This document shows positions 1 through 7,965 of a stretch of DNA of 64,000 nucleotides, one piece after another. The notes below the pieces were generated by a model. It was not told the DNA's origin. It worked only from the letters and a program-made list of their open reading frames with translations, and ran no database searches. Made by a program: the position numbers and the translations under genes. Numbering within the stretch: position 1 is the first letter of the stretch; every line of letters starts with the position of its first letter. This DNA comes from an uncultured Chloroflexia bacterium (GTDB lineage: Bacteria > Chloroflexota > Limnocylindria > Limnocylindrales > CSP1-4): positions 602,582 through 666,581 of the forward strand of contig CAVPHR010000001.1 of the NCBI GenBank assembly GCA_963704775.1, in the 5' to 3' direction.

Positions 1-111
1 CCGAGGACAAGACCCATCCTGCCCGGGGCCCCGGGGCGGTTCTATAGGCCGAACTGACCCGGTCAGCCGGAGCCGAAATCGCCCGGCTGAGCGCCCGGAT
101 CCCATCTGCGC

Positions 112-192
112 GGTGGACTCCCCTGCCTGAGGGTGTCGTGGGGTGCGGTGCGCTGATGTATGGAAAGTACGGGCATCTCGCCGAGGTCTCGG
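112..192 (+). repeat. 81-nt conserved intergenic element, copy 1 (candidate structured RNA, class unknown)
   Basis: Gapless 65/81 identity to 2242..2322. Invariant blocks are GGTGGACTCC, GAGGGTGTCGTGGGGTG, GGTGCGCTGATG, GGAAAGTAC and CGAGGTCTCGG; mismatches cluster in two 8-10 nt blocks. Plus strand is inferred from base changes that keep pairing only as G-U on that strand. Confidence 0.5.
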
Positions 193-235
193 TCGCGGAG
201 CGGGGTCAACACGTGGTCGCGGCACACCGGACATG

Positions 236-265
236 ACGAAGGCCGGGCACGTGCCCGGCCTTCGT
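236..265. terminator. perfect 15+15 nt GC-rich palindrome, probable bidirectional terminator
   Basis: ACGAAGGCCGGGCAC/GTGCCCGGCCTTCGT lies just 3' of the stop (283) of the minus-strand lyase-like gene and 44 nt 3' of repeat copy 1. It is followed on the plus strand by TTCGTTCGT. Confidence 0.6.
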
Positions 266-282
266 TCGTCGAGGGGGTCGGC

Positions 283-1770
283 TCAGGAGCCGTACAGCCA
301 GTCGGTCCAGCCGAAGTTCTTGCCGTTGCTGGCCGGCGCCGAGCCACGGAACGAGGTGCCGTAGCGGGCGTCGATGAGCCACGGCTGCCACTCGTCGTCA
401 CCGGTGGCTGCCCAGCCGATGTCGTCGTACAGGAAGCGAGCGGCGCGGAGGAGCGCCTTGTTCTCCCAGTTCCACGTGTCGTAGCCGGCGCGTCGCAGGA
501 GCTCGGCCTCGAGGACCGCGCCCTGGAGCGCTTCCCACGGGTAGCCGGTGGCGGTCGGCGGCCAGTTGAAGCTGGCGCCTCGGCGCATGTCGTCGGGGAG
601 GGCGCCGCCGATGGCGTGGCCACCCTTGTCGCAGGTCGCGTTGATGCCGACCGGCTTGGACGGATCGCACTGCCAGGTCACGTCGCCGTATTCGAAGCCG
701 GCGTACGCGGCCCGGTCGCCCAGCCAGCCGTGGAAGACGGTGGCCGCGCGGGCGAGCTCGGCGTCATCGCCGAGGTAGAGGGCGACAGCGACGCGGGCCG
801 CGCCGGCATGCGTGCCCCAGTTATTCGGCCGGCGCTCATGGGTGGATCGCAGCGTCTGACCATCGAGGTTCTCGGTCAGCAGCGATCGCAGCCATGGCTT
901 GAACGTGTTCTCGTTGAAGGCGGGCTCGACGGCCGGCAGGTCGACGAGGTTCGCCGCGAGGATGTAGCCGGGCAGGTTCCGGGCGAGGGCCAGCGTGCGA
1001 CCGCCGTTCTCGGTCTGGACCGCTGCCTTGATGGCGGCGACCGCCCTGGTGCGGTAGGACTCCTCGCCGGTCCGGGCGAAGACGAGCCCCGCGGCAAGCA
1101 CGTTGAGGTCGGCGTCGTCGTCCTGGTCGCTGATGTTCGGACTGCCGATCGCCTTGTCGGCCTGAGCCTTCAGATGGGTCCAGGCGGTGCCGGACATCGG
1201 CAACGACTTGACCGTGTTGGCGCTGTAGAGGGCGCCCGCGAGATCGCTCGGATCGCTGGGCGGCGAGACCGGCGGCTTGGCCGTCGGCTTCGGTGTCGGC
1301 TTGGCCGTGGGCTTGGCGGTCGGCTTGGGGGTCGGCTTGGGGGTCGGCTTGGCCTTGGCCCCGTCGGTCGGGGCCGCGCCCGGCGGGTCGACCACCGGCG
1401 GCTTCGGCTTCGTGGCCGGCTTCTGCTTGCCGATGAACACGCGAAGGCGGGCGAGGGTGTCACGGGTCGTTCCGACCGTGGTCACCTTCATGAAGTGAAG
1501 GCCCTTCTTCTGGTCGGCACGGACCCGGAACGTGGCCCAGAACTTGCCGTTCTTGTTCGTCGTGACGCGGACCATCGGGCGTGCATCCCAACGGACCACC
1601 ATCGTGACGCCGGGCGCGAAGCCGACGCCCTTCACCTTGAGGATCTTGCCCGCGACCGGGTGCCTTGGCGACACGGACAGGGTCGGGCCCGAAGCGAACG
1701 TGCTCATGAATGGGAGCAAGAGTGCAGGGATCAGAAGGATGATCGGGAGCGTCGCCAGCATGTTGCGCAT
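283..1770 (-). CDS. secreted polysaccharide (alginate)-lyase-like protein with Ig-like domain and PT-rich linker
   Basis: Track ORF 283..1977. I prefer ATG 1770 (MRNMLATLPIILLIPALLLPFMSTFA, signal-peptide-like). An Ig-like segment and a (K/A)PTP linker are followed by an alpha/alpha-toroid lyase-like domain with RPNNWGTHAG. Paralog of 7966..9963. Confidence 0.6.
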   Translation of the reverse strand: MRNMLATLPIILLIPALLLPFMSTFASGPTLSVSPRHPVAGKILKVKGVGFAPGVTMVVRWDARPMVRVTTNKNGKFWATFRVRADQKKGLHFMKVTTVGTTRDTLARLRVFIGKQKPATKPKPPVVDPPGAAPTDGAKAKPTPKPTPKPTAKPTAKPTPKPTAKPPVSPPSDPSDLAGALYSANTVKSLPMSGTAWTHLKAQADKAIGSPNISDQDDDADLNVLAAGLVFARTGEESYRTRAVAAIKAAVQTENGGRTLALARNLPGYILAANLVDLPAVEPAFNENTFKPWLRSLLTENLDGQTLRSTHERRPNNWGTHAGAARVAVALYLGDDAELARAATVFHGWLGDRAAYAGFEYGDVTWQCDPSKPVGINATCDKGGHAIGGALPDDMRRGASFNWPPTATGYPWEALQGAVLEAELLRRAGYDTWNWENKALLRAARFLYDDIGWAATGDDEWQPWLIDARYGTSFRGSAPASNGKNFGWTDWLYGS

Positions 1771-2241
1771 GCGCCGTCTGGGCGCGGGACCTCGAGCGGG
1801 CTCTGGCTTGGGGGCCTCGAAGACCCAATCTCGACGATCGGCGATGGCGATGTTCCGCAATGGTCTGACCTCCTGGGGCCGGGGGTTCCGAAGCGACCTC
1901 GGGTCGGTCACCGAGAGGGCGACGCGGCCCTGTTCGGCCGGTGAGCGCTTCGGGATCGGGGAACCTGTGTCGTCCACAGGTCCGTTGGCTGAGCGGCGGC
2001 GCCTCCTATGGGGCGGGACGTGCCGAGCGATCCGTTCCAGTGGTTGGGCTGGACCGCAAGTGGTCTGCCCTCATGTGGCGCGCGACCCGGCCGGCCGAAA
2101 TGGCCCGTCGGACCCCTTGCCGCCGCGCTGTGTGAGGACTGGACCGACCATCACCCTGGGCTCGGACCGGGTCCATAGCCCATACGACCCCACCAGACCG
2201 GGCACGTATCGTTGCGTCGACGCCCGATCGCGCCATTCCGG

Positions 2242-2322
2242 GGTGGACTCCCAACCGGGAGGGTGTCGTGGGGTGTGGTGCGCTGATGCACGGAAAGTAC
2301 CGAGTCGCCGGCGAGGTCTCGG
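2242..2322 (+). repeat. 81-nt conserved intergenic element, copy 2 (candidate structured RNA, class unknown)
   Basis: Same element as 112..192 (65/81 identical, no gaps), 144 nt upstream of the plus-strand membrane-protein gene at 2466. A short GGUG/CACC hairpin plus GUUUUCC follows at 2325..2347. Confidence 0.5.
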
Positions 2323-2377
2323 CTGGTGCAGTCGGTCACCGTTTTCCGTGTGGAGCGGGTCCGGGGCCGCCCCACGA

Positions 2378-2389
2378 CCCAGTACTGGG
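2378..2389. promoter_or_regulatory. perfect 12-bp palindrome CCCAGTACTGGG next to a -10-like TAGCAT
   Basis: Read directly from the sequence. The palindrome abuts TAGCAT (2391..2396), about 70 nt upstream of the 2466 start. Candidate operator/promoter; no regulator assigned. Confidence 0.3.
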
Positions 2390-2465
2390 GTAGCATCCGC
2401 CGGCGGACCGCGACCGACCCCCACGCGGCTCCGGACAGGCATCGCCCGAGCAGCGAGGTCAGGTC

Positions 2466-3281
2466 TTGGTGAAGCGACTCTGGGACACGGTCATGGCCCG
2501 GTTCGACGACGACAATGCCGAGTGGGGCCTGTCACGCCGGACGGCGACGCTCATCTTCCTCGCGCCGTTCGCCCTCGCCGTCGTGGCGGTCGTCCTCATC
2601 CCCTTCCGACCCGCCTTCGGCGTCCTCGCGAACGAGGACGGCATCGCCGAGTGGGGCCAGTGGTTCTTCCTCGTCGGCCTCGTCGTCATCTACGCCCGGC
2701 TGGCGATCGCGCTGTGGCAGCAGAAGCAGCGCCCGATCGCGCTCCTCTACCTGCTCGCGATGGTGGCGGTCATCTTCACGGCCGGGGAGGAGATCTCGTG
2801 GGGCCAGCGGATCTTCGGCTGGATGACGCCCGGAGCCCTCGACGACATCAACAATCAGGGCGAGACGAACATCCACAACATCGGCTCGATCCTGAAGATC
2901 TTCAACCTCGTGATCATGACCGTCGCGTTCATCGCGGCCCTGCTGCCGATCGTGCGCTGGACCACGTGGCGCGCCCGGGCTCGGTCGATCGCGGGCTACG
3001 CGCTCATCCCGCCGGCCGCCCTCATCCCGGCATTCGGGATGGAGTTCGCGTATCGGGCGATCCGGTATCTGTTCCTGCCGGCGCCGCGGTACACCCTGAC
3101 CAAGCTCTCCGAGATCGCCGAGCTCTCGTTCTACTTCGCGCTGTTCGTGTTCGGCGTCCTCGCCTGGCGCGTCATCGTCCGCGGCTGGCGGCCGACGACG
3201 GGCGTGACCGCCGAGACGAGCGCTGCGCCTGCCACCGAGCCGCCGGCCGTCGAGTCGCCGGCCACCGAATCGGGCGCTTGA
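2466..3281 (+). CDS. hypothetical polytopic membrane protein
   Basis: 271-aa ORF with GAGG 8-11 nt upstream of TTG 2466/GTG 2469. Several hydrophobic helices and a GEEISWGQRIFGW motif; no family recognised. Confidence 0.6.
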   Translation: MVKRLWDTVMARFDDDNAEWGLSRRTATLIFLAPFALAVVAVVLIPFRPAFGVLANEDGIAEWGQWFFLVGLVVIYARLAIALWQQKQRPIALLYLLAMVAVIFTAGEEISWGQRIFGWMTPGALDDINNQGETNIHNIGSILKIFNLVIMTVAFIAALLPIVRWTTWRARARSIAGYALIPPAALIPAFGMEFAYRAIRYLFLPAPRYTLTKLSEIAELSFYFALFVFGVLAWRVIVRGWRPTTGVTAETSAAPATEPPAVESPATESGA

Positions 3282-3285
3282 CCCT

Positions 3286-4179
3286 TTAGCCGCCCTCCGG
3301 ATCCGCGGGCGCCGGCGGGCGCCCGCTCTCGGCGAGGCGCTCGTCGTAGCGCCGGTCCCGCCAGGCAAGCGCCGCCTTCAGGCCATCGCGCTTCACGATC
3401 GTGTCCCACTCCCGCTGCTCGGGCGTGTCGGCTGCGTTGATGATCGCGCCGAGGTCCAGGCCGGCCTCGACCGCCATCCGGAAGCCCGCCGCGTCCATCG
3501 CCCGGTTCAGCATCATCTTGGTCGGCGCCATGACCTCGGGCGGGGTCCGGGCCAGTCGATCGGCCAGCGCGTCGACTTCGGCCGCCAGCCTGTCGGCGGG
3601 GACGACCCGGTTGACCAGGCCGATCCGCTCCGCCTCGGCCGCATCGATGAGGTCGCCCGTCAGCAGGAGCTCGCGCGTCTTCTTCTGGCCGATGAGGTAC
3701 GGCATGAGGAGCGTGACCGGCGCGGAGCCATAGCGGATCTCCGGCTCGCCGACCTGGGTGCCCTCGGCCGCCACGATCAGGTCGCAGGCCATGGCGAGCT
3801 CGAGACCACCGGCCAACGCATAGCCGTGGATCTGGGCGATGACGGGCTTGGGGCAGTCGAGCACGCGCAGCGTCGCCTCCACGTCGACGGCCAGCAGGCG
3901 CCGCCAGCCGACCGGGCCGCCGACGCCACCCTCCGATTCCTCGGTCAGGTCGTAGCCGGCCGAGAACGCCCGACCCGCGCCCTCGATGACGATGACCCGC
4001 ACCCGCGCGTCGGCGATCGCCGCATCGAGCGCATCGACGAGCGCCTCGACCAGCGGCCCGGAGAGGGCGTTGAGCTTGGCCGGACGGTTCAGGGTCAGGC
4101 GGACACCCCACGGCTCGGCCGTCATCAGGACGAGTGCCTCGTCTCCCGCGGTGCCGCCCCCGGCCGGCTCAGCCGGCAT
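3286..4179 (-). CDS. enoyl-CoA hydratase/isomerase (crotonase) family protein
   Basis: LTLNRPAKLNAL...VIVIEGAGRAFSAGYDL crotonase signature. Start chosen at ATG 4179 (MPAEPAGG), overlapping the upstream stop by 11 nt. Confidence 0.85.
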   Translation of the reverse strand: MPAEPAGGGTAGDEALVLMTAEPWGVRLTLNRPAKLNALSGPLVEALVDALDAAIADARVRVIVIEGAGRAFSAGYDLTEESEGGVGGPVGWRRLLAVDVEATLRVLDCPKPVIAQIHGYALAGGLELAMACDLIVAAEGTQVGEPEIRYGSAPVTLLMPYLIGQKKTRELLLTGDLIDAAEAERIGLVNRVVPADRLAAEVDALADRLARTPPEVMAPTKMMLNRAMDAAGFRMAVEAGLDLGAIINAADTPEQREWDTIVKRDGLKAALAWRDRRYDERLAESGRPPAPADPEGG

Positions 4180-6418
4180 CGCCGTCCTCCTCCAGCACGA
4201 CCAGGGCATCGACCGCGAGCGCCCCGCTCGACAGGGCGATCACGGGGTTCAGGTCCACCTCCAGCACGTCCTTCCGGTCGGCGCCGAGCCGTCCGAGCGC
4301 GACCAGCATCTCGGCGATCATCGCGCGATCGATGCCGCGTCGGCCGCGGACGCCATCGAGCACCCGCCGGCCGCGCAGGTCGTCGAGCATCGACATCGCG
4401 ACACGGGGCGTGACCGGGGCGAGCCGGATGGCGACGTCGTCGAGGACCTCGGCCAGGACCCCGCCGAGACCGACGAGCACGGACGCGCCGAACAGCGGGT
4501 CGCGCCGGAGCCCGAGGATGAGCTCGACACCCGGCGGCGCCATCGGCTGGACGAGCAGCCCCTGGACCGCGAGGCCGCGCTGGCGGGCGTTCTCGAGCAT
4601 CGAGAGGGCGGCGACGTAGACGGCGTCATCGTCGGAGAGGCCGAGCGCCACCCCGCCGACCTCGCTCTTGTGGACGAGGCCCGCGGCCTCGAGCTTCAGG
4701 GCTACGGGTCGGCCCAGTTGCCGTGCCGCCGTGACGGCCTCGGACGCGTTCCGGACCGCGATCGACGTCGTGACGGCGATCCCCGCCGCACCGACGAAGG
4801 CGAGGCTGTCGCGTTCGGACAGCGGCCGCGGCGGTCGGGTCGGGGGCGGCATGGGCTCCGGGTCCGCGCCGTGACTCGTCCGATCCGCGGCCAGGGCAGG
4901 CCACCCGCCCCGCCAGGGTCCGACCGTGCGGCGCAGATCGCGACGCGTTTCCCAGCGGGCGACTTTCGCGATGGCCGTGAATGCCTCGAGACCGCCCCGC
5001 AGCAGCGGCGCACCCGAGCCCTCCGCGTCGAGGAGCGCCTTCGTCTCGGGCGGCGGCTCCCCGGAGGTGAGCGAGACGTAGACCGGCAGGATCGAGGGCC
5101 GGTGGCGTGTCGCCTCGAGCAGCGGCAACGTCACGTCGTTGGCCGTCGCGACCTCCGATGACAGCGAGCGGTACGGGAAGTCGTGGACGATTGCCAGCAC
5201 GTCGTAGGCGCCCGACGCGGCCATCGCCTCGAAGCTCGCGCCGTACGCGATCGCGGGCTCCGCGGCGCCCCACGGGTCGAGCGGGTTGGCGACGTACCCC
5301 ATGGTCGGGAGCGCCGCCAGGATGGCCGCGCGCGCGGACTCGGGCAGCGGCGGCAGGTCGATGCCGGTCTGGGGCGCCTGGTCGGCGATGAGCGACGCCT
5401 CCCCGGTCGACACCGTCACGACGCCCGTGCGGCCGCGACCGACGGCACGGCCCGTCCGGCGCGTCCCCTCGACGAGCTCCGCCGTCTCCAGCAGGTGGTC
5501 GAGGTCGTCGCAGACGATGACACCGGCCGCGTCGAGGGCCGCGTCGGTGACGCGCGCCTCGCCCGCCAGGGAACCGGAGTGGGCGATCGCCGCGACCTGG
5601 GCCTGCTGGCTGCGGCCGACCTTGACCGCCATGATCGGCTTGCCGAGCTCGAGGGCGCGGTCCGCGAGGGCGAGGAACCGCTCCGGGCGCTTGAAGCCTT
5701 CCACGAAGAGGATGACCGAGCTGGTCGCCGGGTCGTCGAGGCAGTAGGCGAGATAGTCGCAGACGTCGAGGGCGACCTCGGACCCGCAGCTGATGATCCT
5801 GCTGAAACCGATCCGCGACCCGGAATGGACGAACGCGTCGGTGACCGACCCGGACTGGGCGATCCCTGCGACGCCGCCGAGGGGGAGGTACGGCGAGACG
5901 TCCCCGATGTACGTCGCGGCGTTCGCGACGAGGTCGATGACGCCCATGCAGTTGGGCCCGACGAGGGCCAACCCGTGCTCGCGGGCGATCCGCGCGACGT
6001 CCGCCTGCATCGTCGCAGCCGCCGCGCCGCCCTCCACGACGCCCCCGCCGGGAATGATCACCGCGGGCACGCCGGCTGCCGCCGCCGCCTCGGTCATGGA
6101 TGCGGCCCGGGTCGTGCCGACGGCGAGGATCGCGACGTCCGGCCGCTCGGGCAGCGCCTCGAGGCTCGGGTAGCAGGGCTGGTCGTGGAGCTCCTCGTAC
6201 TTGGGGTTCACGAAGTGGCAGCGGGTCGCGCTGCCCATCACGCGCAGGTTGTCGCGGACCGTCTCGGCGATCCAGCTCCGCGGTGACGCGCCGACGACCG
6301 CCACGGAGCTCGGTGCGAAGAGCGGCCGCAGGTCGATGACGCCGCTGACGGCCGGCGCCGGGCCCGACGCGGCCGGCGCGTCGTCCGGCGTCGCCGTCGA
6401 GTCCGAGACGACGTCCAT
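4169..6418 (-). CDS. ADP-forming acyl-CoA synthetase (acetate--CoA ligase family, CoA-binding plus ATP-grasp)
   Basis: Begins MDVVSDS at ATG 6418, overlapping the ACAD stop (ATGA). Has the CoA-binding N-terminus SSVAVVGASPR, succinyl-CoA-synthetase-like flavodoxin domains and a C-terminal ATP-grasp. The 1237-aa track ORF is an upstream read-through. Confidence 0.8.
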   Translation of the reverse strand: MDVVSDSTATPDDAPAASGPAPAVSGVIDLRPLFAPSSVAVVGASPRSWIAETVRDNLRVMGSATRCHFVNPKYEELHDQPCYPSLEALPERPDVAILAVGTTRAASMTEAAAAAGVPAVIIPGGGVVEGGAAAATMQADVARIAREHGLALVGPNCMGVIDLVANAATYIGDVSPYLPLGGVAGIAQSGSVTDAFVHSGSRIGFSRIISCGSEVALDVCDYLAYCLDDPATSSVILFVEGFKRPERFLALADRALELGKPIMAVKVGRSQQAQVAAIAHSGSLAGEARVTDAALDAAGVIVCDDLDHLLETAELVEGTRRTGRAVGRGRTGVVTVSTGEASLIADQAPQTGIDLPPLPESARAAILAALPTMGYVANPLDPWGAAEPAIAYGASFEAMAASGAYDVLAIVHDFPYRSLSSEVATANDVTLPLLEATRHRPSILPVYVSLTSGEPPPETKALLDAEGSGAPLLRGGLEAFTAIAKVARWETRRDLRRTVGPWRGGWPALAADRTSHGADPEPMPPPTRPPRPLSERDSLAFVGAAGIAVTTSIAVRNASEAVTAARQLGRPVALKLEAAGLVHKSEVGGVALGLSDDDAVYVAALSMLENARQRGLAVQGLLVQPMAPPGVELILGLRRDPLFGASVLVGLGGVLAEVLDDVAIRLAPVTPRVAMSMLDDLRGRRVLDGVRGRRGIDRAMIAEMLVALGRLGADRKDVLEVDLNPVIALSSGALAVDALVVLEEDGDAG

Positions 6419-7593
6419 CAGCCGACCACCCGGTCCACGCCGCGGCGCTCGAGCGCTCGGGCGACGATGAGTCGCTGGATCTCGGACGTGCCCTCCCAGA
6501 TCCGGTCCACCCGGAGCTCGCGGAAGAACCGCTCGGCCGCGAACTCGCGCATGTAGCCGCGCCCGCCGAACACCTGCACGACGCGATCGGCGCAGCGGAA
6601 GGCGGCCTCGGACGCGAACAGCTTGGCCAGCGACGCCTTGGCGTGGACGACCTTGGGGTCTGCGCCGCTGTCGGCCAGCCATGCGGTCTCGCGGGTGAGC
6701 AGGCGGGCGGCCGAGGCGTCGGCGGCCGAGTCGGCCAGCGGGAACGAGACGCCCTGGAAGTCGTAGATACGTTCGCCGAACTGGACGCGCTCCGTGGCCC
6801 ACTCGACGGCGAGCGTCAGCAGTCGCTCCATCGCCCCGGCGCAGCGCGCCCCGATGTGGATGCGCTCCTCGACGAACCACTCGTTGGTCAGTTCGTCCGC
6901 CGCCCCGACCGCGCCGAGGATCGCGCTCGCCGGCAGCCGGACGTCCTCGAGGACGAACTGCGGGTGGCGGTCCGCGAACGTGTGCATGTAGTCGGGATCG
7001 TGGCTCACCCGGAGACCGGGCACGTCGTAGTCGACAAGGAACAGCGTCGGCAGGAGCCGGTCGCCGTCGACCACGTTGCAGTGGAAGATCATGAAGTCGG
7101 TGTCGTCCGGGCCGGTGACGAACCACTTCTCCCCGTTGAGGACGTAGTCGCCCGTCGCGCCGTCCCGGACCGCGGTGGCCTTGAGCGATCGCGCGTCGGA
7201 CCCGGCCTCGTCCTCGGTGATGGCGTAGCTCCCTGACCGTTCGCCGCGCATGGACGGGTCGAGATAGCGGGCACGTTGCGCCGGGTCGCAGTGGATGAGG
7301 GCGTTGTACGGGCCGGGGATGTACGACCACAGCCCGCCTGTCCCCTGCCCCAGCTGCTCGTGGACCAGCACCTGGTCCATCGCCGACCAGCCCTGGCCGC
7401 CGAGCTCGACCGGGAACGAGCCGCCGTGCAGGCGTGCCTCGATGGCCGCGCGGCGGATCGGCGCGCCCCACTCGCGAGACACCTTGCCCCCGGCTTGCTC
7501 GAATTCGACCTCGCGGGGCTGCAGGACGTCTCGCACGAACGCGCGGGCGCGGGCCTGGAGTTCGAGCTGCGCGGGGGTGAGGGTCAGGTCCAT
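6418..7593 (-). CDS. acyl-CoA dehydrogenase
   Basis: 391-aa ORF with typical ACAD N, middle and C domains (YAITEDEAGSDA, ...GGRGYMREFAAERFFRE). Confidence 0.9.
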   Translation of the reverse strand: MDLTLTPAQLELQARARAFVRDVLQPREVEFEQAGGKVSREWGAPIRRAAIEARLHGGSFPVELGGQGWSAMDQVLVHEQLGQGTGGLWSYIPGPYNALIHCDPAQRARYLDPSMRGERSGSYAITEDEAGSDARSLKATAVRDGATGDYVLNGEKWFVTGPDDTDFMIFHCNVVDGDRLLPTLFLVDYDVPGLRVSHDPDYMHTFADRHPQFVLEDVRLPASAILGAVGAADELTNEWFVEERIHIGARCAGAMERLLTLAVEWATERVQFGERIYDFQGVSFPLADSAADASAARLLTRETAWLADSGADPKVVHAKASLAKLFASEAAFRCADRVVQVFGGRGYMREFAAERFFRELRVDRIWEGTSEIQRLIVARALERRGVDRVVG

Positions 7594-7965
7594 CCCGCCA
7601 AGGATGCGTCACCCCGGCACGCAACCACGGCTGGCGTCGCGGGGCGCGGGACGGCGGGAAGGCGCCAACCAGCGTCCCGGCCGGTGCTCGGCAGGCGACG
7701 GCGCCGGCCGGTTGGTGCGCGAATGCACCTCGTTGCACAGAGCGGTACCGCAACCCTCCCGCTCCATAGGCTGCACCGAGCCGCAATGCACGGCGCGCTC
7801 GAACGGTGCACACTGGCACCCGACGAGGACACCCGGGGAAGGCCCCCACCCGCCCCCCAGCGGGACCCAGCTCCGTCGGCATCCCCTCGTTCGCCCCCGC
7901 GACGGAGCCATGGCCATCGTTCGCCGCGCCCCCACATCCGCGGCGTCCAGGTAGGAAGGAGCACC

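Noticed and set aside
20-45. CCCGG-GGCC-CCGGG hairpin plus a possible ATG at about 17 on the minus strand, considered as a gene start or terminator at the window edge.
   Set aside because: It is too close to the window boundary to interpret, and no ORF context is available.
1262-1345. Short tandem DNA repeats (GGTCGGCTTGGS units); similar ones occur at 9229..9290.
   Set aside because: They encode the (K/A)PTP linkers of the two lyase-like proteins. This is ordinary coding low-complexity sequence.
160-1944. 594-aa plus-strand ORF antisense to the lyase-like gene. Similar long antisense ORFs occur at 10178..12127, 20296..23001, 52885..56193 and 59976..61955.
   Set aside because: They are Arg/Gly/Ala/Pro-rich with no recognisable domains, and each lies opposite a strongly supported conserved CDS. 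Stop-poor antisense frames are expected at ~70% G+C.
2283-2300. CUGAUG...GAAA inside the 81-nt element looked like a hammerhead ribozyme core. GCUGAUG also recalls the fluoride riboswitch.
   Set aside because: Only 4 nt separate CUGAUG and GAAA, so there is no stem II. The other conserved segments of the crcB motif (GGCGAUG..., AAAC.GCC, CCUAC pseudoknot) are absent.
4169-7882. Apparent 1237-aa fusion ORF. Similar cases are 20269..23505 (1078 aa) and 25803..28601 (932 aa).
   Set aside because: The N-terminal parts are out-of-frame read-through across neighbouring genes (ACAD; leuB/leuA; ilvB). The real starts are the ATGs that overlap the upstream stops (6418, 21978, 26474).
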